Shown here piece by piece: positions 49,928-59,800 of a stretch of 64,000 bases of DNA; within the stretch, counting starts at the first letter, position 1; every line of letters starts with the position of its first letter. Source of the stretch: Amoebophrya sp. A120. Its lineage: Eukaryota > Protista > Dinoflagellata. Position numbers and translations under genes: made by a program. The notes beneath the pieces are model-generated. The model had not been told where the DNA came from and did not search any database. It worked only from the letters and a program-made list of their open reading frames with translations. The DNA lies in the NCBI GenBank assembly GCA_905178155.1, contig CAJINV010000001.1, positions 1,973,904 through 2,037,903 of the forward strand. The letters are read 5' to 3'.

Positions 49928-49985
49928 CTTCAGATCATACGATCTTCAGATCATACGATCTTCAGATCATACGATCTTCAGATCA
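49928..49985 (+). repeat. 16-bp tandem repeat (TCTTCAGATCATACGA) x ~3.6
   Basis: Read directly from the sequence. Confidence 0.9.
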
Positions 49986-50243
49986 CCACGACATTGCCCG
50001 CCACGTTGTATCGTGTTCGTTCTGGCCAGCAGTATGTCGGAGACCGCAGCCGCAGCGGCCTGTGCGGAAGTCGAAACAAATTTTTTTCCGAAGAAGAAAC
50101 AAAGAGCTGCCCCTTGCCGTCCTCGTGCTTTGTACTTACTTACACTATACACTGTGCAGTGAAGCCTTCAATAGACAGGGCTGCCACACTCCTGCTTCTT
50201 CATCTTTGTGAAAGCGGTAGATCATCAGAGCAGAAGACTTCCT

Positions 50244-53200
50244 TCACAGCAAATCCGCATCCTTCTTGGTCCCCGGTTCCCAACTTGGCGCTATTCTCCC
50301 TCCGATTCTAGGGGGCACGGGAACAATGGGCTGGCCCAGGGCGTGGCGGATTGCCAAGATTTCCCCATCGGCGATCTCATCCGGGTCTAGGTCGTCCTCT
50401 ACGGTCGTCCGAGACTCGGAGGTGACATCCGAGCCGGTGGAGGAACTCGAAGAAGAATTACTTTCATCTGGTGCAGCTGCTCCGTCGGCTGCGGCAGCAC
50501 CGATGCTCTCTTGTCTTTCTCCATCGCCTCGTTCTAGTACGGTCTGTGTTGAATCTTGACCTCTCTCCACTGCCACGAACGGCGGTGGTGGAGCGTCTTC
50601 ATCTACCGGCACAACCTCTCCCGGAAGCTGAATTACATCTGTACGTAGATCCGTTGACGAGGACCCCCGGCTGGTGTCCTTGCGGGGATCCTGCGCGGTG
50701 GGAGGTGGGAGGTTTCTGTCTGGCGGCGCGCTGGAACAAGCCAATATCGGTGGACTAGAGGAAGACGATGGAACGTTCTGCAATCGCGCTAGCTCCGCCG
50801 CGTCGGCATCTGCTACCGCTTTCTGCCCGTTTAGTTGTCCTAAACTATCTTGATTTTTGTGCTCCACCTGCTCAACTGCACCCTCTCGCTTGTGGTCTAC
50901 TCGATTTCCTCTTTCTGTTGTTGCATTATGTCTATGCGCACCACCCTTGCCGTCGTCGCCAGAAGTGGAAGCGCCGCTGTCTTTACTCTTCAAGCCTACC
51001 AACGCCGGTTGCCCTAACACGACTACAGCAGGCGTCATTGGGACTGTCGCAGTCGCCGGAAACTCGGCAATACTAAAGGCCGCTGCAGAAGTACCAGCGA
51101 CAACGGAAGCACTATCGTCCTCTCCACTCCTGGCAGTGCGCGGCAAAATCTGTGATTGCTCGGACGCCAGATCAAGGCCCCGGGTACTGCTCCGCCCCGC
51201 GACCGAACTGCCCGGCACCGCGGCAGTCGTGCTACACACACTCGCGACGCTGGCTTGCTCTGCGTGCTGGTGTAAAAAACCTCCTGGCGCCGAGGGCAAG
51301 GATCTGTTGTTGGGAAACAACGGATCCACCGCACCGGTGCCCCCCGTGGCCGCTCCTGCCACAACCGCTGCGCCCCCGCCATTGCTCGTGTCTAGACCTC
51401 CCGGGGGAGGTTGTATGTCGGTAGGGACGGAGCCGAGAATTTCCGTCATGAGCCCGCTGTTGGTGCTACTGCCAGCACTCCGACTGTCGTTTTCTTCGTC
51501 GTCCGCGGGGAAAACGGGGTTCCCGACCGTGCTGACGGCCATGCAGTGCGGGCGGTAGGCATCGAACCGGCGCACCTCCGCCCCCGCCATCGGGCTGCCG
51601 TCGCGGTTGCGGGCCAGCGCCTGGTTGGACAAGTAGACGGACTCCAGCCGGCTGCCCTCGTAGTAGTCCCGCGCGAGGATCATCAGCACCGAGAACCGCT
51701 CACGGTTGTAGGCGATCAGCAACACGTGTAAAAACACGCCGCCGCTGGTCAGCGACAGAATGGCGGGCAACACCCACTCACCCACCGAGTCGTCCTCGCT
51801 GTGTCCCAGCGCACCGGACAGGTACAAACACCCTAAAACCACCCCGGAAAGCACCATGCCCGTGGACACATCCACCGCCAGGGACAGCCACAGCGGGTAC
51901 TCGGTCCACCAGTCCTGCAGAAAGGGCCCGCACCGCTGCCACACCCGGTCCGGCACCACGTCGGCGACGCGCGCATCAAAAAACCGTTTCCACTCAAAGC
52001 GCTGCCGGTCGCGTAAGGCGTATTCACGCTCGTTCAGGTGTGCGAGGTGCGGATCCAGGTGCAGAAACGACAACGCACCGCTGTTGCGCGAAGAGGAACG
52101 ACGCGGCCTTGATGTTGTGCCGCGCCTGTGACGAGAAGAGTGATGGTGGTGATGATGGCGGTGGTCTCCTGGCTGTTGTTCCTGATGTTCTTCTCCGGGG
52201 GCATCGCGTGGGCCACCGTTATTAGGTACGACGTCTTCACCTCCATAATTCGTGCCTTGAGGATGTTGATCTCCAACGACCGCGTTACCCGTCGTCGTGT
52301 CTATCGTGAGCCCGGCTCCTCTGCGCGCAGCACTCGACGTCCCGCCTCGCCTACCACCAGTTCCACTCCGTGTCTGCGCCAAAGTGGTCACCGATCCCGA
52401 GGCCACAATACCCGTGCTGCTGGGCGGTGGTGGTGGACGTGGAACGACTCCCGACATATAATTACCACCTCTGTTGTTGGAACTGTGAGGAGTTGCAGGC
52501 CCTCCGCTGAATAAAGGGCCATTGGCCCCTGATGCAATGTTGGGACCAGCACGTCCAGTTTGGATGCTGCCGAGAAACGTAAATTCATCCTCATCTTCCT
52601 GCTGCGCCTCAAGGTCAATAACTCGATCATCTCGAACTTGATGTAGTTCGGGCCTGTTCTTTTGCCGCACAGCTGCTCTTTGATCTTCTTCCCCCACCAC
52701 CGACCGGAGTTCTATCGTGCGCGAGGACACCGAGTGCTGGCCACCTAATTTCGTGCCACCCCGCGGCCCACTTGTCGAAACCACCTGATGTGGTGCTGGC
52801 AATGCGACCACACTCTCGCCCACAGGCGCGTACTCTGTCTGAATCGCGTTGTCTACATCATCCAACTCATCTAAGTCGTCCACGGAACGGGCCGCCTGCG
52901 ACTCCCCCACGGCAACAGTTAAAACGCTTACCGTTTCCGCCGCGAACACACTGCTGGTGGTCTCGAACCGAGCTATTTGTTGATAATTCAAACTGGTGGC
53001 GAGGTTAGTACTGGTGTGCAACGAGGACCTCGGAGATGACCCACTGCCACAGTCGTCCGGCGCGGGCTCCACCTCCACATGGTAGTACGCTTGTTCCCGG
53101 GGGCGCAGCTGATTTTCGTTCCTTTCCACTAGCACCGTTGTCATCTTCGCTGGACCTTCACCTTGTTCCTGTGATCCACCTGCTCGAGGGGCCTTGTTAG

Positions 53201-53252
53201 TGACGCGAGAGTGCAACAAGTGCGGTCTGCAGGCGAAGATGATACAGCGCAA
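50244..53252 (-). CDS. Hypothetical protein with two central TM helices and low-complexity flanks (likely start 53144)
   Basis: 1002-aa ORF. Hydrophobic segments GMVLSGVVLGCLYLSGAL and WVLPAILSLTSGGVFLHVLLIAY lie in a GC-rich core. Confidence 0.65.
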   Translation of the reverse strand: MRCIIFACRPHLLHSRVTNKAPRAGGSQEQGEGPAKMTTVLVERNENQLRPREQAYYHVEVEPAPDDCGSGSSPRSSLHTSTNLATSLNYQQIARFETTSSVFAAETVSVLTVAVGESQAARSVDDLDELDDVDNAIQTEYAPVGESVVALPAPHQVVSTSGPRGGTKLGGQHSVSSRTIELRSVVGEEDQRAAVRQKNRPELHQVRDDRVIDLEAQQEDEDEFTFLGSIQTGRAGPNIASGANGPLFSGGPATPHSSNNRGGNYMSGVVPRPPPPPSSTGIVASGSVTTLAQTRSGTGGRRGGTSSAARRGAGLTIDTTTGNAVVGDQHPQGTNYGGEDVVPNNGGPRDAPGEEHQEQQPGDHRHHHHHHSSRHRRGTTSRPRRSSSRNSGALSFLHLDPHLAHLNEREYALRDRQRFEWKRFFDARVADVVPDRVWQRCGPFLQDWWTEYPLWLSLAVDVSTGMVLSGVVLGCLYLSGALGHSEDDSVGEWVLPAILSLTSGGVFLHVLLIAYNRERFSVLMILARDYYEGSRLESVYLSNQALARNRDGSPMAGAEVRRFDAYRPHCMAVSTVGNPVFPADDEENDSRSAGSSTNSGLMTEILGSVPTDIQPPPGGLDTSNGGGAAVVAGAATGGTGAVDPLFPNNRSLPSAPGGFLHQHAEQASVASVCSTTAAVPGSSVAGRSSTRGLDLASEQSQILPRTARSGEDDSASVVAGTSAAAFSIAEFPATATVPMTPAVVVLGQPALVGLKSKDSGASTSGDDGKGGAHRHNATTERGNRVDHKREGAVEQVEHKNQDSLGQLNGQKAVADADAAELARLQNVPSSSSSPPILACSSAPPDRNLPPPTAQDPRKDTSRGSSSTDLRTDVIQLPGEVVPVDEDAPPPPFVAVERGQDSTQTVLERGDGERQESIGAAAADGAAAPDESNSSSSSSTGSDVTSESRTTVEDDLDPDEIADGEILAIRHALGQPIVPVPPRIGGRIAPSWEPGTKKDADLL

Positions 53253-54099
53253 TGAGGTACAATAGAATCTTCACAAACACAAATAAAATTACGATGTGGA
53301 TGTCTATACGACGACCTTGCAATTTTATCGGATTCTTGTTGACCAGTGCAGCGTGGGTGTTGGGAAGAATTTGATACAACTTCTAGTCATTTTGATAATT
53401 TTTCCTAGATTTCTAAATACGTGCATGGGTTGTAAGGGGAGGGGACAAACAATTGAACTATGGCGGGATTTAAGGGTATCAATATCACCTCCAGAAATGC
53501 AAGTGACTGGTGGAGAGTGAGAGGCTATAGCGTCCTGGGCGCATTGACGCTTTCATCCCGACTCCTCGGCCCTGTTCGTTGTGTATGAAATTGTGACGGA
53601 TAAGACTGCAATGCAAAATGAGCCTACTAGTTGTAAAGCTACTAGCACACATTCTTGCTAGTAGCACGGTACCGTCGAAGCCGCGCAAACAATTGCGTGT
53701 ACCGAGATGTGCTGTAGTAGTGCGTATCCGTATTACATGCAGACAGAAGTACAAAAATGCGACCACGACCAAGTACGATGCTTTCCGAAAAGTTGTACGA
53801 GTTTCTTTCTTTGTTGCACGTTCAGCTTCACGTTTTTTCATATTATAATGCACGTATGTATATGATGTAGTAAAACCGATGCTTTGGAAAGCCTGTGTTT
53901 CACATCCTGGCGCACGAAAGGTTCAGCTACTTGGAGACCGATGCGTAATGCTTTCACCTTCTTTTTGTGCCTCATACTGACCGACATTTATTTTTTCAGT
54001 TGCCTGCAGCAAAAGTTAAAGTTGCTGCAGAGGCACGACAATATCTATCATGAAAATCTTCATTCATCATGCATCACCTCTTGAAGATCAGATCAGATC

Positions 54100-54480
54100 A
54101 GAGGTGTCATAGCATAGCATGGGGTTTGGCGTGTCGGAACTTTAAGAGTGCAGCCGACTTTTTCATGAACTAGAGCTCGACCACGCGTACTATTCTAGTA
54201 GAGGCGGCTAACAGTGATGCTTGTACCCCGCCCGCGATACAAATTCCCCGGGCCGTATATCATGCCTATTGGGTGGGACTGGGAATTTCGGCCACTGAAC
54301 AAAACCCGACAAGCACACCGAAAGTCTTATACCGGTCGATGCTAAAGCTTCACGCGCCGCAACCAGAGCACCGGCTGATTACCCTAAACCCTGTTTAAGT
54401 TATCAAGCACTTACTTTTTACTATTCGTCTAATACAAGTTCCCACTTGCATGCATCTACACCTCGGCCTGGATCATTTTG
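54100..54480 (+). ncRNA. Structured ncRNA copy 1, candidate telomerase RNA
   Basis: Template-like ACCCTAAACCCT at 54381-54392, conserved blocks and stems shared with copy 2, T-rich 3' flank. Ends approximate. Confidence 0.5.
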
Positions 54481-54494
54481 ATCTTTTTCTTTGA

Positions 54495-54863
54495 TGGAGG
54501 TGGCGGTCCAGAACTTTAAGAGTGCAGCTGGAGCTTTCATGAGCTAAGACTTGACCACGCTTACTAGATGTAGTAGAGGCGGCTAACGATGAACCTGCTC
54601 CCCTCCCACGTATCATACAAACCCCAGGGCAAAAACACATGCATATAGGGGGGACGGGGAAAATCAGCCCTACCCAGGCAGGCCCACCGAGAGTCTTGTA
54701 CCGGTCAATGTAATAACTTCACGCGCCAGACGGGAGCACACGTCGAACCCTAAACCCTGTCTAAGTTATCATTCTCTTACAACTAGATTTTTCCTTCTAA
54801 CCATACAAAAATTATTATTTTTCATGCATCTCACCTCGGCCTGATTGACATCATTTTTTTTTT
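54495..54863 (+). ncRNA. Structured ncRNA copy 2, candidate telomerase RNA paralogue
   Basis: AACCCTAAACCCT at 54746-54758, GAGGTG...CACCTC closing stem, followed by a long T run. Confidence 0.5.
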
Positions 54864-55075
54864 TATTTGAACCCTTTTGGTAAAAGTAAAATAGATCCGT
54901 CTAGTAGCACCTCGGGCATGTGCAGACACATCGGGGCGACATGCCATGCACAGCAACTGGGAGCAGGATCTCCACTATTTTTTTTTTCCAAGACGGTAAC
55001 AGGAGTGGCTTTTCTGAACACTATTTTTTTTTTTGTCATTAGGGTATACAAAATTACCGCCTCTGTTTCTTCGTT

Positions 55076-55317
55076 GGCCGAGGTGCATACAAAAAGGAGA
55101 CCGACTAATGCCACCGAGCCGCACAGTGGTCTTGTGCGCTACCACTAAGTTTAGGTCGAGACGGGCGCGAGCGCTACGCGGCATGTACTACACGATCATG
55201 CACTTGTGACGGCCACGGCAGTTAAGCGATCCGCGGACCGCAATGCAAGCGGGCTGACGCCGTCACGCAAGCTGGGCTCAACGCAGCAGTCAGGCAATCC
55301 TAGCCACCACGTCGGCC
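55076..55317. ncRNA. Putative structured ncRNA with closing inverted repeat and H-type pseudoknot
   Basis: GGCCGAGGTG/CACGTCGGCC closing stem, GTGACGGC/GCCGTCAC stem, interleaved stems at 55120-55146. Confidence 0.35.
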
Positions 55318-55395
55318 GTAAAACAGATTTGCGTTTGTCAGAAGTTTGGAGCAGAAACAGACTTAACTAAACCCTTTTGCAGACTAGAGAAGCTA

Positions 55396-55510
55396 AAAAC
55401 TAGGCTCCGAAGAGCTGCGCTGGAATGGGCGAGAAGACTATGCTCCGAGGAGCTACATTGGAAAGGTTTGAAAAAACTATGCTCCGAGGAGCGGGCCTAG
55501 GGGAGCTAAA
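55396..55510. repeat. Three ~39-bp spaced repeats with ACTA(G/T)GCTCCGA(A/G)GAGC core
   Basis: Cores start at 55404, 55442 and 55481. Confidence 0.8.
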
Positions 55511-55809
55511 ACAAAACTAAGCTTTCAGATTTTGGATTTCAATCAAAATAAAACTACACGGCAATAGGTCAGAACAATGGTCTTCGTCATGTGAAAACCC
55601 TCAAACCGGCTACAAGCCGTGATTTGTCGAGATCGCCACATTTGAATCAACGTAGGTTTAGTCTTTTCGCAGAAAAAGAGCCCAGGAGCTTTCCTGAACT
55701 AACAAAACTGCAGTTTTAGATGGGGACAAGGCGATACATGTGAGATCATGGAAAACAACAGCTTTTTTGGGCTTTCACTACCGTTAGTGAGTCTGTTTTT
55801 CCACCTAAA

Positions 55810-55877
55810 CAGAGCGCCTTGTCGTGCAGCCGAACATGATAACCAGAGCGCCTTGTCGTGCAGCCGAACATGATAAC
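55810..55877. repeat. Perfect 34-bp tandem duplication
   Basis: CAGAGCGCCTTGTCGTGCAGCCGAACATGATAAC twice. Confidence 0.95.
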
Positions 55878-56890
55878 CACCATTAATTTCCCCCATGTGC
55901 TGCATAGACACGACAGCGGCGGCCACAGGCAGAAACCCCAGGTCGATGGCCGGCAATGCCGTCTTTCACGTTTGTTTTCCTGAAGTTTCCACTTATCAAG
56001 AACCTCATCTTGTTTCGACAAGAATATCATCCGATCAGGACCAAGAACTGACACTATTCTTGCTTGGTAGCGCTGATATAATGACTGCTAGTGCCACAAC
56101 TTCCACCAGCTGTCACGACCGAAGATCATGTTCATCAGTCTTCGGACATCAACCATCGAAGAAATAATTTTCATTGGCGCTTCCTCAATGCTAGATGAGG
56201 TATCTTTGACACTCAAGAAAGTGCTTTTTTTCGCCTTTCTATTTCTCGGGCTTTGAGGTGCATTCAAATATACTTGTTACTGCATTTACATTTTGTTGAT
56301 TTTTTGTCCTAGATAAACGAAATCGAAAATCGAACCCCGGAGAATCTAGTATCTGGACCCCAGTGGAGGTGCAGGAAGAAAAAATGAAGCATAGCCTTAA
56401 AATAAGCAATATAAGAAAAGAAGAAAAAAAAAGCTCGGCTGTACTGGAAAAAGGTGTTACATTTGAAGGACTTGTAGTCTTCAGCAGAAGAAGGAAATTA
56501 GACAACCCACTTCCAGTGTGTGCTACGCGTCCCAAAAAAAAGTACAACCTTGCATGCATTGAGGGACACCTGCGTCGTTCTGAAGCAGGTGATTTCTTTC
56601 GGATACTATTACTCAAACTCAGATACTTTTTATCTGCTGCAAGAACAATATTTACTGAAGTACATGGCATCAAAATCATTCGTATTGTTCGTATGCAAAC
56701 ACAGAAGAGCTTAAACTTTGAAAAAGCGGAGCAGCGCTCGTCAGCTTCAGTGCTGGGTAATGTACAGAATAGCCGCGAAAAGGAAACACTACTGTAGCAA
56801 TCGATCCCGACACAGCTGCTTCTTGCTCCTTTGTCCTTTTTGACAAGAAAAGAACACAACCGGCGCGGCGTCGTGATCTTCTACTTCTAT

Positions 56891-59800
56891 TCAGTATTTT
56901 CCGTTCGCGGTTACATTTTTTGACGGTGCCCCCTGCTGCTTTTTGTGTTCAGCCTTCAGTTTGTTACGGTTTTCCGCACTCAAAGGTGGTGACTCGAACC
57001 AACTCGCGTTCGCCCCTTCGGCCTGTTTTAGTTTTACCGGCGTGGGCACGGCGTCCTCGGTCCCCGAAGAACCGCCGTTTGCGGTCGGGCCGCTCGCTGT
57101 GGAATTGCTCGAAGAATTGCTGGTATTCTTCTTATCGGGTAATTTGTTACTCGCGGGCACAACTCCGAGATTCTCCGTCGAGGTGGAGGACTCGCTATCC
57201 TTGTTCGTTGACGACGACGTGTAGCCCACAAGCTGGGCCGCGAACGGCTGCACGCTGGCCCCTGACTTCGCAGTCGACGTCGTGCCAGTTGTACTGCTAG
57301 ACGTCGACGTTTTGTGCTGGTCCTTTCCGGTACTCTGTCCGGGGGTAGTGCTTGTGGTCACGTTACTACTGGGGGATGCCGCGGAAGTAGTAGTACTGGA
57401 GACGATGTTCTTGGTTTTTGATACGGGTGCAGCTGCAGATGTTGAATTCGCTCCGCCGTACGGGTCGGGCAGCTTGGCTTTTTTCGCTCCTTCACTCTTC
57501 AGCTCGCTGGTGAGGGGTTCCTTTTCCAAAATGGCGTTCAACTTTTGGGACGCGATCGGCATTTCTTCGATGTCGATGCCCCGGGAGCTCAGCTTCCGGT
57601 ATGGAAACGAAAAGTAGTTGTGTGTCACTATCATTTCTTGACGCATTTCCATCAAATTTTGGAGTTCTTTGGTACAACTTCGACACCTGACTTTCAACTA
57701 CAACCAAATCCTATTTCTAATATTATGAACGATGCTCTGTATCGCAATGCAAGTTCCAAAGGTCATCCTCAGCATGACCACAGCGAAGCTGTAGCCTGCT
57801 GTCTGGATGAACAGCTGATAGTGCAAGACAAGCGCTCTACTTCCTCTTCGTACCCTTCCGTTCTCGTCTACGAGTACCATGCGGTCCGGGGTGGCGCTCA
57901 TGGGGTTACTGTTCAGCCCGCTGCCGAACACGGCGGGAGACGGCCCGTTGGTCCGCAGGTGCCCGGCCCCGACCGCCTGGTTGTTGCTGTTGTTGATGTT
58001 TATGTTGATGGAGGAGTTCTGCCACTCGGCGGGTGTAATCCGGGTCCCGCTGGCACTCAGCATGGAGGTCCGACTCAGGCCCAGCGGCGTGCCGGGCAGC
58101 GAGGGTGAGCCCTCCTTGTGTACGTAGGCGTAGCCGCGCGCCAGCACATCCAGTGTACGGTGGTGCTCCTCTACCTTGTTCTTCACCACCTCGAACAAAG
58201 TGCCCTTGGTCAGCTTCAGACTGCGGGTGCGCAGCGAGGCGCCCCGCATGTTCGCGCAGATGTGCGTCTGCAGCCCCGTGAAGAGCTTCGCGATCTCGCG
58301 CCCACTGAACGTCTTCAGCTGCACCGCCACCTCCCGGAGCGCCTCGGAATCGCAGTCGGACTCCTTGTCCTTCAGTGCGGGCGTTGCGGCCGGGTCCGAC
58401 GCCGTGGAAATCGCGGCCGGGCGTTTCATATGCATTGCAAAATAGGTATCGCACTCGCATAAATTGCAGCCATGCATGACAAATCTCTTTCCACTAAACT
58501 ACCTGAAGTAGCATTTACAAATTTTAGCTTTGCTCTTGCAGAAATTTGTGATGCTATTTATACTAGTACGTTACTGTTTTGCAATGCATATTTCAGCAAC
58601 TTGCTGCTGTCCTTGGCCTGGGCGATGTCGTTCAGCTTGATCTTCAACGGCTTCCGCACGTACATGTCGAAGTACTGGAACACCATGCCTGTGAAACAGG
58701 AAATATATACGATTTTCAGGCTTTGTTGAAGTTAAAAGCCATTTCTTTATTTTTGTTCGAGAAGCAAAATAAATTTCAATTTCTTGGCGCTTCTACGTCT
58801 AGCATCAGGAACATAATAAATGCAAACCATGAGACTAAGTGGATGAAAACGCGCCATCGATTCACTACCGCCTTCAAAAAAATCAAATTAATAGAAGTCG
58901 ATTATGAACGTAGCATTTGCAGTACGTTCTCGCTCTGCAAGATCGGGTAGACCGAATTCGACGCTTTCGTCGACACGATCCAAAACAGCCGGATCCAAGT
59001 CGCCAGGTCGGTTTGTAGCAAGCACCATCAAAAACTGACTCGTTGGAGTACCTGTGAGCAAATTGAAATTATATTGTGAAGAGGAAATGTTCTACTTTCT
59101 AGTTACATTGCAAAATAACGCATGAACAAGCAAAACTTTGCAAGTTTTACCATGCAAAATGCATACTCGCGTGACGCCTACAACAGCCATCGTGGGAGAT
59201 AAATGTGCATGAAGCCTACAAAAGTATCGTGAAAGCCGCATCCGTCATCAAAATCAAAAATAATTGTAGACAAGAATACTGTATCGAAAAACAATGATAA
59301 TCTATATGTAAAAATTCAAATCTTCAACTTCAAGGCGAAGAACTATACCCGTATGATAGAGCATGGTGGTGAGTGCGTTTCTGAGGCTTTCGCTCATGCT
59401 CTTGTTTCTGACGGCCAAAAACGCGTCGGCCTCATCGATGAAAAGCAGCACACCCTTTCGTGATTTGTGCACCCAGGTGAAAAGCTTGTGTAGTTCTGTC
59501 ACCGCTTGCTCTTCGAGTGGCGCCACGTCCGCGCCCGACATGAAAGCGTATCTGATGAGATGATTGGTAGGCTTTTCATCTTGTATATTCTGACTCCGAG
59601 GGAGTTCATCGATCTCGTTTTCGTTGTTTTTCATTTTCGCAAAGGATCATCAAGAAAAAACATCAAATGTGTATTGAAATTGTACTCCAATCCGGAATAT
59701 TCCGCAAATCGCTGGGCGCACATGGTCTTCCCCGTTCCTGGTGGCCCGTAAAACATGATGTGCAGCAGCGGCATGCCCCGTGCCTTCGCGTTTTTGGTGG

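Noticed and set aside
49928-49985. 16-bp tandem repeat, and the 34-bp duplication at 55810-55877
   Set aside because: Simple slippage-type duplications with no further structure; listed as features only.
54100-54863. RNase MRP/P, U2, U3 or SL RNA identity for the tandem units
   Set aside because: GAAAGTC and GAGTGCA occur in the wrong order for MRP and no P4 partner is conserved in both copies. There is no U2 branch-pairing sequence, no conserved C/D boxes and no dinoflagellate SL 22-mer. A formal Rfam scan is still needed.
55396-55510. Repeat-spacer pattern resembling a mini CRISPR array
   Set aside because: Eukaryotic context, only three short cores, spacers are short and partly similar to each other, and no cas genes are present.
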